Origin: Candidatus Desulfobia pelagia
Lineage (GTDB): Bacteria > Desulfobacterota > Desulfobulbia > Desulfobulbales > SURF-16
DNA length: 64,000 nucleotides
Reading direction: 5' to 3'
Assembly (NCBI GenBank): GCA_014382295.1
Contig: JACNJZ010000171.1
Span: forward strand, 37,027 to 101,026
In this document: piece after piece, positions 18,536 to 27,220 of the stretch
Position numbering within the stretch: the first letter of the stretch is position 1
How the letters are laid out: each line of letters begins with the position of its first letter
Position numbers and translations under genes: made by a program
Notes under the pieces: model-generated
What the model saw: only the letters and a program-made list of their open reading frames with translations
Told to the model about the DNA's origin: nothing
Database searches by the model: none

Positions 18536-20893
18536 TTAAAGAGGAAAGCGCACAACAACCCTGGTGGACTCTCCAGGTTTACTTTCAACCCCAAGGGAGC
18601 CACCATGGCTTTCCACAATCTGGCGGCTCCCGGCCAGGCCATGCTTCACGCCGTTATGCAACTTCTGCGTTGCATACGAAGAATCAAAAACCTGTTTCAC
18701 TTCCTCGGGATTCATCCCATCGCCCCTGTCTTCAAAGGATAGCTCAAGAGCGCGCCGATCACCTTCCACGACATATTTTCCGCCCACCAGAATTTTCTTA
18801 TTGGGATCTTTTCCACTGTAACGCTTATTTAACGCCTGCCGGCCATTAAACAACAGATCAAAGAAAACCTTCTGCATCTGCTGCGCCTTTACCGGAACAG
18901 CAGGAAGATTTTCTTCCATTTCCACCTGAAGCAGAATTCCCTGGCTGCTGAAATAATAGCCGACCAGTGTTACTGTATCTTCGAGGACGGTAGTTACGGG
19001 GAGAAACTCGCCTGCCGCATCACCTTCACGACCATATCGAATAAGGGGACGGACAATAGAAGCAATACGCTCACCGCCATCTATAATCTTGTCGAGAATA
19101 CGGTCATCATCTTCGTCCTGACCCTGACCTTGATACCTGATATTATCAAAAAGAATCTGAGCATAATTTATGATTCCGTTATTTAAATCACTTATCTCAT
19201 GAGCTATACCTGCGGATAATTCACCCAAAACGGCAAGCCGTGAAGAGTGCACCTCAGAGAAACCTTTTTCCCGTGTCTGTTCACTCCCTGCATCCCTGCC
19301 GATACAGCCATATTTTTCAACATGCCCATCTTCTGTCATGACTGGTACAAAACTGCAGCCCATCCTGAGAGTGCTGGTAGTCGTCCGCAATATCAAATCA
19401 ACCGTTTTTTCCTGGCTGATTCGTTTCAGGATATCAGCGTCCTTCTGGCCTGTAAAAGCATCGGGATCAGCAGGAGTAAAAAAATTCCTCCATTTTTCCC
19501 CTGCAAGGTCCCGGCCTTTTACCCCGACATGCCGCGCAAAAACATCATTACAATCGAGGATATCACCCTGGGAGTCAACATATATAACAACAGCCCCTGA
19601 CGCCTCAAGGATCTGCCGGTTCAGTTCTTTTTCCTTCCTGTCTGCATCCTGTTCTTCCAGAGCAGACAGGGCCAGGCCGGCATCAGAGCCAAGCCCTTCG
19701 AGCAGTTCCATATCTTTTTCTGAAAAAGCATTCTGCCCTATTGCATAAATAGAAAGCACCGCATAAATTTTCCCCTCCCGCTGAATAGGGAGAGCCGCAC
19801 AGACGGCATGCCCTTCCATTAAAGGTGTCCCCTTCAAAAGACCTTTGGGAATCCCGGCAAGAATATCTTTGTGGACAACCGGCTTCAACGTCTGCAACAC
19901 TTTTGCAGCAGGGTTGAATTCCAGTCCTTTTTCCTCGGCTTCTGTCAGAAGAACAGCCATACAGCTGTCACACTCCTTGCGACTCATTGTAGTCGAGCCA
20001 TCCGCTGCCACGGGCATGACATCTTTTCCATCATCTTCAGGCAGCCCGATCCACACCAGACAATAATCCTTATTTTCCAATAATGCCCTGCAGAGACCAT
20101 CAAACAACTTTTGGCGGCTGAAACTCCTGGAAATTGCCAACTGCGCGCGATTTACCGCCGTTGCTACCTGCTGATACCTGACGAGAGTTACTGAAATAGC
20201 ATCCCTGGAATTCTGCAGCTGCTGAAAAGACAGGGCCAGATCCGCAACCACACCTTTTTTTCTCCCAAGAGACAACTGGCTGCGCTTATCCTCTAGAACT
20301 TCCCAGGCCTGCTGCCACAGTTGGACCAATGGAGATAGCAGCTGCCGCTGGGCGACAAGAAGCATAATAATGATTGAACTCAGGACAATCGCAAGGGAGC
20401 CAATGACAAAGTTCTGGAAACTGATCAACTTCTTTTTTGCAAAATTAACCAGCACCCGATCAAAAAGCATCAGCCTTTCACCCAGGGTGCGAATCTCCCT
20501 GTTGAGCTGACGCAAACCTTCCGGCTCAACAGGCCCTGATTGAATCTTTCGCAACAAAAGGACAATTGAAGATATATCAAAGGAACTTGCAAAATTTATC
20601 TTGTACTGATCAGCGACATAATCACTGGTAAGCACAGAGGTTAGGTTAACATTAAGCTCCTCCATCTCACCGGCAACACCTGCCAGCCGCTCATATTTAT
20701 CCTCAAGAAGTGCTTCAGTGACATGTTCACGGATGATGGCGAACTGAAAAATTATTTTTTCAGTGTGGGTGGTGACCTGCTCATGTTTTTGGAAAAGCAG
20801 GTATTGACGAACACCCAGAGAAAGAAGGGAGACAAGAACAAGAGCAACAAGCAGGGCTGTTGCAGCTACTGTCTTTCTTATAGGAAATATCAT
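18536..20893 (-). CDS. Sensor histidine kinase (TM - coiled/HAMP-like - GAF-like - PAS - HisKA - HATPase)
   Basis: H-box GIAHEISDLNNGIINYAQ. ATPase N/G boxes (FEDRGDGM, GLAGSRQIV). An N-terminal TM helix starting at MIFPIRKTVAATALLVALVLV, so I favour ATG 20893 over 20944. Confidence 0.85.
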   Translation of the reverse strand: MIFPIRKTVAATALLVALVLVSLLSLGVRQYLLFQKHEQVTTHTEKIIFQFAIIREHVTEALLEDKYERLAGVAGEMEELNVNLTSVLTSDYVADQYKINFASSFDISSIVLLLRKIQSGPVEPEGLRQLNREIRTLGERLMLFDRVLVNFAKKKLISFQNFVIGSLAIVLSSIIIMLLVAQRQLLSPLVQLWQQAWEVLEDKRSQLSLGRKKGVVADLALSFQQLQNSRDAISVTLVRYQQVATAVNRAQLAISRSFSRQKLFDGLCRALLENKDYCLVWIGLPEDDGKDVMPVAADGSTTMSRKECDSCMAVLLTEAEEKGLEFNPAAKVLQTLKPVVHKDILAGIPKGLLKGTPLMEGHAVCAALPIQREGKIYAVLSIYAIGQNAFSEKDMELLEGLGSDAGLALSALEEQDADRKEKELNRQILEASGAVVIYVDSQGDILDCNDVFARHVGVKGRDLAGEKWRNFFTPADPDAFTGQKDADILKRISQEKTVDLILRTTTSTLRMGCSFVPVMTEDGHVEKYGCIGRDAGSEQTREKGFSEVHSSRLAVLGELSAGIAHEISDLNNGIINYAQILFDNIRYQGQGQDEDDDRILDKIIDGGERIASIVRPLIRYGREGDAAGEFLPVTTVLEDTVTLVGYYFSSQGILLQVEMEENLPAVPVKAQQMQKVFFDLLFNGRQALNKRYSGKDPNKKILVGGKYVVEGDRRALELSFEDRGDGMNPEEVKQVFDSSYATQKLHNGVKHGLAGSRQIVESHGGSLGVESKPGESTRVVVRFPL

Positions 20894-21038
20894 GAATAAA
20901 GCCTCGTTTCCCTTCACGTATTGAGAGTAAACAAATATTTTCAAACGAGATGAGGAGGAACTCTCCCATCACCCCAACCCATGGTATGGCATGCCATTTA
21001 CCTATTCATAACATGCCATACCCTTGATCAAGGGAATG

Positions 21039-22289
21039 TTACTCGTCCCCTTTCCAACTATAAACAATAGGCATCCTGGCGAGGACAAATCGATACACGA
21101 CAATATATGTTGTGTATACAGTTATGGCTATCATAACTTCACGCCAGTGAGGGATCTCCTGATATAACTTCCAGTTGAATGCCCACAATGCCGTGTTCAT
21201 TCGGTTCAAAGCAATCCCCAATACAGCCAGCAATGCAGCAAACCGCGCCAGAGATGCATTTTGATTTCGAATGGCGAGGGCATACAGGACCATTGGTGCA
21301 ACAACTCCAGCTGTCAACTCGAACAGATACCACTGTCCCCAGCCGCTGAACAGGTAACCCCATTCATTATCATGGGCAACCGCAATTATTTTTATGACAA
21401 GGTAAGTGATGAGTGCCAGGGAACAACCCTTTGCAAGCCCCAACGTGCAGTAATCAAGATTCTTGAGAAACTTATCATCACAACGCCACTTCATAAACCA
21501 TTTGGTCAACGTTGAGACCACAATCAGCATGGAAAGGCCGCCAAAGATTGATGAACAGAAAAAATGCAACCACTGGAATGCCGATGAGAACCAGAGAGGA
21601 TGCAGCTTTCCTGGGGTATAGGTAAAGAGACCTCCCAGTGCTCCCTGGTGCAGTGTCGACAGAATGATACCAGAAATAGTGAGTCCCAATACGATACTTT
21701 TTATAAACTTTTTAGGTTTCTTTAACCCCATCCATTCTGAAAATGCCGGCACAAGTTCAGCAACCTGTACTGAAAGATAGGTGGCGACATGCCAGGCAAC
21801 AAGAAAGAGAACTGCAGCGGGACCGAGAGATACAAACATCGGATAGACGAGACGCCACGGCTGCCCTAGATCCACCTGAAGGAAGACAACAGCAAAAAGA
21901 TAGCCAAGCAGACCGTTAAGAAGTCCCAGACGTTCCAGGGATTTAAAGTCCTTCCTGCCGAAAAGCTCGACAGTAGTGCCCATCATAAATCCTGAAGCTG
22001 AAAGGGGAACCATGACAAAAAGACCCCAACCCAAAAAGAGACCCCACGGGTAATCATAGGAACTGTGTGTTGCCCAGCCAAGACCGAAAATAAATCGCCC
22101 CACAAGAACCGGCAACCCAACAGCATAGATAACGGCAATAATCCAATTAAACGGATTTTTAAACTGGGTCGCCCAATATTCCTTGGGAGTAAGCCCCAGC
22201 ATCAATTTTTCTTTTACGGTCCACCTGCTTCCATCCTCTTTTCTATGGGTGACAACAGGGGAGAATCCACGTGCTTTTAATTTATTCAT
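21039..22289 (-). CDS. NrfD/PsrC/DsrP/HmcC-family polytopic membrane subunit (quinone-interacting)
   Basis: 416 aa and highly hydrophobic, with roughly 10 predicted helices by eye. SD GGGAG upstream. Starts 18 nt after the Tat FeS gene, in the typical NrfC/NrfD-like pairing. Confidence 0.78.
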   Translation of the reverse strand: MNKLKARGFSPVVTHRKEDGSRWTVKEKLMLGLTPKEYWATQFKNPFNWIIAVIYAVGLPVLVGRFIFGLGWATHSSYDYPWGLFLGWGLFVMVPLSASGFMMGTTVELFGRKDFKSLERLGLLNGLLGYLFAVVFLQVDLGQPWRLVYPMFVSLGPAAVLFLVAWHVATYLSVQVAELVPAFSEWMGLKKPKKFIKSIVLGLTISGIILSTLHQGALGGLFTYTPGKLHPLWFSSAFQWLHFFCSSIFGGLSMLIVVSTLTKWFMKWRCDDKFLKNLDYCTLGLAKGCSLALITYLVIKIIAVAHDNEWGYLFSGWGQWYLFELTAGVVAPMVLYALAIRNQNASLARFAALLAVLGIALNRMNTALWAFNWKLYQEIPHWREVMIAITVYTTYIVVYRFVLARMPIVYSWKGDE

Positions 22290-22306
22290 TTCTTTTTCTC
22301 CCTTAT

Positions 22307-23233
22307 TCAGCTCTTTGAGTTTTCTTTTTCTTCATTGGCTTTTTTCCTGTTTGACAGGAGATGAAAACCCGTGAATAAGGCCGGCCAGATAGTCAGAACC
22401 ATAGGAACCATTGCCAGGAAATCCTTCACATAACTAATGATAGGCTGATTTCCGAGGTGAGTGTCAAAACCTACCTGATCAAACGACACATCAGACATAT
22501 ACATCCATGATGTTCCGCCCACTTCTTTTTCACCATATATATGATCAATATACTTGCCGGGATTCCGTTTGATCTTTTCACGACCCAGATTGATAAGATC
22601 TTTCCTTTTGCCAAAAGTCATTACTTCCTGGGGGCACGCCTCGACACATGCCGGAGGCCGACCAAATTTAAGCCTGGTGTCGTAGCACATGATACACTTC
22701 TTGACTACCGGGTTGATAGCACTGGAATAGGTATATGTCGGCACGTAGAATGGACAGGCCACCATACATGTTCTGCAGCCCACACAAACCGACTCATCAT
22801 AAATTACGGCACCTTCTTTGGTCTTGGTGTACGCATTTACAAAACAGGAGGTGAGGCATGCTGGCTCCTGGCAGTGATTACACTGAAATTTTCTGAATAT
22901 TGGCTTGTCGCGACCAGGGATATCATAGCGATTTACCAGGGTGTATTCTTTTTCAGATGTACGCCGTTTCTGACCGCCATGTCCTTTCATGTCAAACACG
23001 GAAAAATCATCAAAAGGGAGATCCGGAGCAGGCAGCCCCTGCTCCTTGTTACAGGCGGCCTCACATGTACGGCAGCCCACGCACTTGGTCAGATCGACCA
23101 AAACCCCCATACTGTCGGGGTAGCCTCCAAAATCACCGGCAGCTGAAGCTTTACTACTCAGCCCTGTTGTTGCGACTGCAGCTGTTCCTGCTACACCGCC
23201 TTTAAGAAAACTTCTACGATTTATCTTTTTCAT
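22307..23233 (-). CDS. Tat-exported 4x[4Fe-4S] ferredoxin-type subunit (NrfC/HybA/HmcB/DsrO-like) with a C-terminal TM anchor
   Basis: Twin-arginine signal MKKINRRSFLKGGVAGTAAV. Cys clusters CVGCRTCEAAC, CNHCQEPACLTSC, CVGCRTCMVACP and CIMC...CVEACP. C-terminal helix FLAMVPMVLTIWPALFTGFHLL. Confidence 0.88.
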   Translation of the reverse strand: MKKINRRSFLKGGVAGTAAVATTGLSSKASAAGDFGGYPDSMGVLVDLTKCVGCRTCEAACNKEQGLPAPDLPFDDFSVFDMKGHGGQKRRTSEKEYTLVNRYDIPGRDKPIFRKFQCNHCQEPACLTSCFVNAYTKTKEGAVIYDESVCVGCRTCMVACPFYVPTYTYSSAINPVVKKCIMCYDTRLKFGRPPACVEACPQEVMTFGKRKDLINLGREKIKRNPGKYIDHIYGEKEVGGTSWMYMSDVSFDQVGFDTHLGNQPIISYVKDFLAMVPMVLTIWPALFTGFHLLSNRKKANEEKENSKS

Positions 23234-23307
23234 CGTCTGTTCCTTCTTTTCTATGTCTTTTTTGTTTCTTTCTCTCAGAGAATTAATGTTATTTTTGAAA
23301 ACAAGGA

Positions 23308-23838
23308 TTAATGATGGCCGCCTGTTTTCCCGGGCTCAGGAGCATATTTCCCTGAATGAAAAAGCTGGTCACCTTTATCATTTCGCGCATGGCAATCCTG
23401 GCATCCTGTCGGGGCTCCAACCTGCTCATGGCACCCTATGCAATTCTGATGATAGGCGCCTTTCAAACCAGGTCGTCCTACATGATATAAAAGAGGATCA
23501 CTTCCCTTGGCTTTTAAATTTGCCGAAGAAAAAGGCTTAACCTCATGACAATCGACACAGGCCACGGAACTCGCCTCGTCGCCTTCCTGATGGCACTTGG
23601 CGCAGTTTTCTTTTTCCGGAGCTGTGCCGGTTGTGTGGTGATGACAGAAGGAACAACTCTCAACCATGAGCACATGGGCTGCATGGTCAAAAACAACCGG
23701 TTCATACATTTCTGCAATTGATCCAATCTCTATTGTTTCCGGGGCATCTTCTGCAGACATCTGGGCAAATAGAGGAAATGAAGTGGCCAGGGACATCACC
23801 ACGGCCATTCCCAATATTTTTTTCTTTTTCCTAATCAT
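23308..23838 (-). CDS. Periplasmic multihaem cytochrome c (five CxxCH motifs, cytochrome c3-like)
   Basis: I prefer the start at MIRKKKKILGMAVVMSLATSFPLFAQ (a signal peptide, SD AAGGAG 7 nt upstream, ATG 23838) over the ORF-track start at 23949. Haem motifs: CSFCH, CAKCH, CVDCH, CIGCH, CQDCH. VVFDHAAH..CSFCHH resembles the c3 family. Confidence 0.85.
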   Translation of the reverse strand: MIRKKKKILGMAVVMSLATSFPLFAQMSAEDAPETIEIGSIAEMYEPVVFDHAAHVLMVESCSFCHHHTTGTAPEKENCAKCHQEGDEASSVACVDCHEVKPFSSANLKAKGSDPLLYHVGRPGLKGAYHQNCIGCHEQVGAPTGCQDCHARNDKGDQLFHSGKYAPEPGKTGGHH

Positions 23839-23942
23839 TGACACTCTCCTTTCATAATTTGTTATGACAATAACTATTTTCGTCCTGAATAGATTCCAAA
23901 CCGTCGTCATATGCGACAGATCAGTAGCGTTGCACATGCTGT

Positions 23943-23958
23943 TGCACATCCAATGCCA
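23943..23958 (-). promoter_or_regulatory. Sigma54 (-24/-12) promoter candidate for the cytochrome/FeS/NrfD operon
   Basis: The minus strand reads TGGCAT-TGGAT-GTGCA. GG/GC spacing is identical to the consensus TGGCAC-N5-TTGCW. 105 nt upstream of ATG 23838. The -12 element overlaps a tandem GTTGCACATGCT/GTTGCACATCC repeat (23929-23950). Confidence 0.5.
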
Positions 23959-24236
23959 AATAATATGCTTACTTAATTAACAATGACTCAAGGGAGATTT
24001 TGCAACGTTGCGAGGTGGTGGCGTATGGATTCTGGCCGGGAACTTACAACACAATATTTCCAGCACCAGGCCTGCCTGAGCTATGAAGAACAACTTTTCA
24101 CAGGATAGAGGCTTACTCCTGGATAAAACATTTCTCACCTTACTTTTTCACCAACTGGCTCTTTGCGGAATGTCTGTGCAAAAATAATTTATTTTTACAG
24201 TGGAATGGAAAAACAGAGGGGAAACATGAAATAATA

Positions 24237-24290
24237 AAAGTGTCGCATGCCACACTTCTGTGGCGACACTTATGTAGCATGCGACACTTT
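24237..24290 (-). terminator. Intrinsic terminator candidate downstream of ftsH (compound hairpin)
   Basis: Perfect 14-bp stem AAAGTGTCGCATGC (24237-24250) / GCATGCGACACTTT (24277-24290). The loop itself can fold (CCACA-CTTC-TGTGG). On the minus strand the 3' arm runs into TTTTATTATTTCATG. Begins 14 nt after the ftsH stop. Confidence 0.5.
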
Positions 24291-24303
24291 TACCACATGT
24301 GGA

Positions 24304-26166
24304 TTATGAGGCGTTTCTAGATTCGTTCTCAGCGCTTAATTTGGGGCAGGTAACGATAATATCAACGTCCTCCCCGTCAATGGTCTCTTCCTGAAGAAGA
24401 AACTCTGCCAGCTTATGAAGAAAGGTCATCCTGCTCTCAAGTATAATCATAGTCTCCTGATAGCATTCCTCAATAAGCTTATTGATTTCCATATCAATTG
24501 CCTTGGCAATATCTTCACTGAAAACATGCCGCATACTGTCGCCACCGAGGAATCCCTGAGCCTCCCTCATATAGGCCCGGGGCCCAAGAACACTGCTCAT
24601 CCCCCACTCACACACCATTTTAGTGGCAATATCTGTGGAAGACTGAAGATCATTACTGGCCCCCGTTGACAACTCATTAAAAATGATCTCTTCTGCGGTG
24701 CGTCCGCCGAGGAGAATCTTAATCCTGTTGGTAAGATACTCTCTTGAATAGGAATGCCTTTCATCCAGAGGAACCTGTTGAGTGACTCCAAGGGCCCTGC
24801 CCCTGGGGATGATAGTAATCTTGTGAAGAGGATCAGTATTCGGGAGCAGCTTGGCAATAAGTGCATGCCCTGCTTCATGATATGCCGTGACTTTTCTTTC
24901 ATAGTCGCTAATCACCATACCCTTCCTTTCGGCTCCCATGAGAATTTTGTCTTTTGCATCTTCGATATCGACAAGATGAACAGCCTTCTTGCCTTTGCGG
25001 GCGGCCAGCAGTGCCGATTCATTAACAAGATTGGCCAGTTCGGCACCGGTGAAACCAGGGGTATTCTGGGCAACAACATCCATCTCTACGTCCTTGTCCA
25101 TGATCACATTTTTCGCATGGACTTCCAGTATCTGCTTTCTGCCCTTCTTATTTGGAGGAAGAATAGTGACCTGCCGATCAAAACGACCTGGCCTCAGAAG
25201 GGCCGGATCCAGCACATCAGGGCGATTTGTTGCCGCCACAATGATAACTGTTTCACCACTCTGGAAACCATCCATCTCTACAAGAAGGGCATTCAGGGTT
25301 TGCTCCCTCTCATCCTGCCCGCCCTGGGAACTGGATCCACCCCTGCTTCGCCCAACTGCATCTATCTCATCTATGAAAATAATACAGGGCGCATTTTTCT
25401 TGGCCTGCACAAACAAATCACGTACCCGTGAAGCACCGACACCCACAAACATTTCAACAAAATCCGATCCACTGATACTGAAAAAAGGGACGCCAGCTTC
25501 ACCGGCAATGGCCTTGGCCAGAAGGGTTTTTCCTGTTCCCGGAGGGCCCTGGAGCAGAACGCCTTTCGGTATTTTGCCGCCCAGGCTAACAAACTTTGAG
25601 GAATCCCTGAGGCAATCGACAATTTCAACAAGCTCCTCTTTTGCTTCAGGGATACCGGCAACGTCATTAAAAGTTACCTTTTTAGCAACATCGGAGGGTA
25701 TCATGGACTTCTTTTTTCCAAAATTATCCGATGATGATTTCGACTTACGCATCATGAAAAACATCCAGCCCCCCATCAGCAGAATTACGGGGAACGTAGA
25801 CGTCCAGAATTGGGAACCTGAAGAAGCCTTTATTGCTGATATTCCGACATTTTTCCCTTCCAGTCTGGAAACCAGAAAAGCCACATCAGGCACTACGGTG
25901 TAAAAGGGCTGGTCAAAATTATCAATACCATTTATTTCATTACCCTTCATTTCAAGATGCTTTATCTTATCTGCTTCCAGATACTCTATAAAAGTGGAAT
26001 AAATGAGCTTGGGAGGCCTCTTTTCCAGCGTATAGACATTATAGGCTATAACAACTGCAGTTACGGCAAAAAGAAGCAACAGCGAATTTCGTATATATTG
26101 CGACACAGACCCCTCCTTTAGAGTAATAATCAGGACTACAACAGCGATAACATAAGGACTTCTCAA
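24304..26166 (-). CDS. ftsH: ATP-dependent zinc metalloprotease FtsH
   Basis: Walker [14 protein letters not shown], Walker [13 protein letters not shown] region, and the zinc site HEAGHALIA. An alternative and better-supported start is the in-frame GTG at 26106 (VSQYIRNS...), with AAGGAGGGG 4-5 nt upstream. Confidence 0.96.
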   Translation of the reverse strand: MRSPYVIAVVVLIITLKEGSVSQYIRNSLLLLFAVTAVVIAYNVYTLEKRPPKLIYSTFIEYLEADKIKHLEMKGNEINGIDNFDQPFYTVVPDVAFLVSRLEGKNVGISAIKASSGSQFWTSTFPVILLMGGWMFFMMRKSKSSSDNFGKKKSMIPSDVAKKVTFNDVAGIPEAKEELVEIVDCLRDSSKFVSLGGKIPKGVLLQGPPGTGKTLLAKAIAGEAGVPFFSISGSDFVEMFVGVGASRVRDLFVQAKKNAPCIIFIDEIDAVGRSRGGSSSQGGQDEREQTLNALLVEMDGFQSGETVIIVAATNRPDVLDPALLRPGRFDRQVTILPPNKKGRKQILEVHAKNVIMDKDVEMDVVAQNTPGFTGAELANLVNESALLAARKGKKAVHLVDIEDAKDKILMGAERKGMVISDYERKVTAYHEAGHALIAKLLPNTDPLHKITIIPRGRALGVTQQVPLDERHSYSREYLTNRIKILLGGRTAEEIIFNELSTGASNDLQSSTDIATKMVCEWGMSSVLGPRAYMREAQGFLGGDSMRHVFSEDIAKAIDMEINKLIEECYQETMIILESRMTFLHKLAEFLLQEETIDGEDVDIIVTCPKLSAENESRNAS

Positions 26167-26262
26167 GCGAAGCTGTCACCATAGAGATGGTAAGACTATA
26201 AATCATTCTAGCAACAATTACGCCATAAGTGTTTAGGGCAGGTGCCGACACCTTTACTGGTC

Positions 26263-26292
26263 AAAAAAAAACCCGGGATAATCCCGGGTTTT
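26263..26292 (-). terminator. Textbook intrinsic terminator after the small-protein operon
   Basis: The minus strand reads AAAACCCGGGAT-TA-TCCCGGGTTTTTTTTTGA. This is a GC-rich 7-9 bp stem followed by nine T residues, 22 nt after the stop of the 104-aa gene. Confidence 0.8.
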
Positions 26293-26313
26293 CATAAGAC
26301 AAACTCTTAACGG

Positions 26314-26628
26314 CTAACTGGAAACCTTAGCCCCTTTACCAGCCTTATTGACATATTTAAAGAAAGCTGGAAAAGCAGCAAAGAAAGCAACACAGATAAT
26401 ATATTCGATCCCCTTGATCTGAGTATAAAAATCAACCAGTGTCTCAAATTCCCCTATTGCGCCGACAGCTACAAGATATTGTCGGGTAATTTCAGAAATT
26501 GACCACCCTGCATGTGACAAGCTGAAAGTAAGAGCAGACAAGGCCCATATCCCTATTGCTGCACCTATACCCCCAACCACACCCATAAATACCTTGCTTC
26601 CTTTGCTGTTTCCCTGTGCCACTTCCAT
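26314..26628 (-). CDS. Small membrane protein (104 aa), paralogue-like partner of the upstream 71-aa gene. Family not recognised.
   Basis: Strong SD (AAGGAG, 7-nt spacing). Two or three hydrophobic segments. Shares the IG[LI]W...[WY][FL][MV]AV module with the 71-aa protein. Lies inside a sigma54 promoter-terminator unit. Confidence 0.65.
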   Translation of the reverse strand: MEVAQGNSKGSKVFMGVVGGIGAAIGIWALSALTFSLSHAGWSISEITRQYLVAVGAIGEFETLVDFYTQIKGIEYIICVAFFAAFPAFFKYVNKAGKGAKVSS

Positions 26629-26662
26629 GATCTTTCTCCTTTAAAAATTTATATGTATCGCA

Positions 26663-26878
26663 CTACACGCCAGTTACGGCCATAAACCAGCTACTAGCTA
26701 AATCTCCAATTCCGTTAGAAGAAGCAATACCGCCAATCAAACAGGCAACTCCCCACAAGCCAATCATCGCCGCCAATGCAAGAATCACAGCAACTCCAGC
26801 CTGAGATGCGCCTTCACTGATCGCTTCCTGATCATGAACATTGACATCAGTCTCTGTTTTTTTCAGTATTTTCTCCAT
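26663..26878 (-). CDS. Small membrane protein (71 aa). Family not recognised.
   Basis: Strong SD (AGGAGGGAG, 5-nt spacing). Polar N-terminus, then the hydrophobic stretch AGVAVILALAAMIGLWGVACLIGGIA, then GIGDLASSWFMAVTGV. First gene downstream of the sigma54 promoter. Confidence 0.65.
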   Translation of the reverse strand: MEKILKKTETDVNVHDQEAISEGASQAGVAVILALAAMIGLWGVACLIGGIASSNGIGDLASSWFMAVTGV

Positions 26879-26944
26879 GACTCCCTCCTATTGTCTTGTT
26901 TTATCGAACCTCTTCAGCATTAGCTTCTCTTGATTTATACAATT

Positions 26945-26960
26945 TGCAGAAGCTGTGCCA
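26945..26960 (-). promoter_or_regulatory. Sigma54 (-24/-12) promoter for the small-membrane-protein operon
   Basis: The minus strand reads TGGCAC-AGCTT-CTGCA. The -24 element is perfect, the GG-N10-GC spacing is correct, and the -12 element matches 4/5. 67 nt upstream of ATG 26878 and immediately downstream of a sigma54 activator gene. Confidence 0.6.
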
Positions 26961-27070
26961 GCCAAACGCATTTCGACACACAGGAGAACCAGAAGACGAA
27001 TAACTGTCAGATTTTATTGATTTAAATATTTACTCGGGGACGTTTTACGGAGGAACACTCAAGAGGAATG

Positions 27071-27145
27071 TGTTGCACAGAAAGCCACAGATGCCACATA
27101 CTTGTGCAGCATACCTGTTGCGGGTGTAGCATGCCTGCAACAGGT
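27071..27145. promoter_or_regulatory. Candidate enhancer (UAS) region: inverted repeats upstream of the sigma54 promoter
   Basis: ACCTGTTGC (27113-27121) and GCAACAGGT (27137-27145) form a perfect 9-bp inverted repeat. GTTGCACA (27072-27079) and TGTGCAGC (27103-27110) form an imperfect inverted repeat. Both lie 110-185 nt upstream of the -24/-12 element, a typical enhancer-binding-protein distance. Confidence 0.4.
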
Positions 27146-27220
27146 TATCTCACCTTTAAGAGATCTGTGAAAAATTAGGCCAGAATAGGGTTGTAGAAAA
27201 GCCAGCAGTTGTCTTAGCAA

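Noticed and set aside
24989-25903. 304-aa plus-strand ORF inside ftsH. Similar long antisense ORFs lie at 369-947, 1712-2338, 14858-15781, 45385-46176, 48458-49246 and 60863-61960.
   Set aside because: All lie opposite strongly recognisable genes (ftsH, rpoB, aprA, murF, ftsI, the M1 peptidase). They are Ser/Pro/Arg/Thr-rich low-complexity translations typical of the antisense frame of coding DNA.
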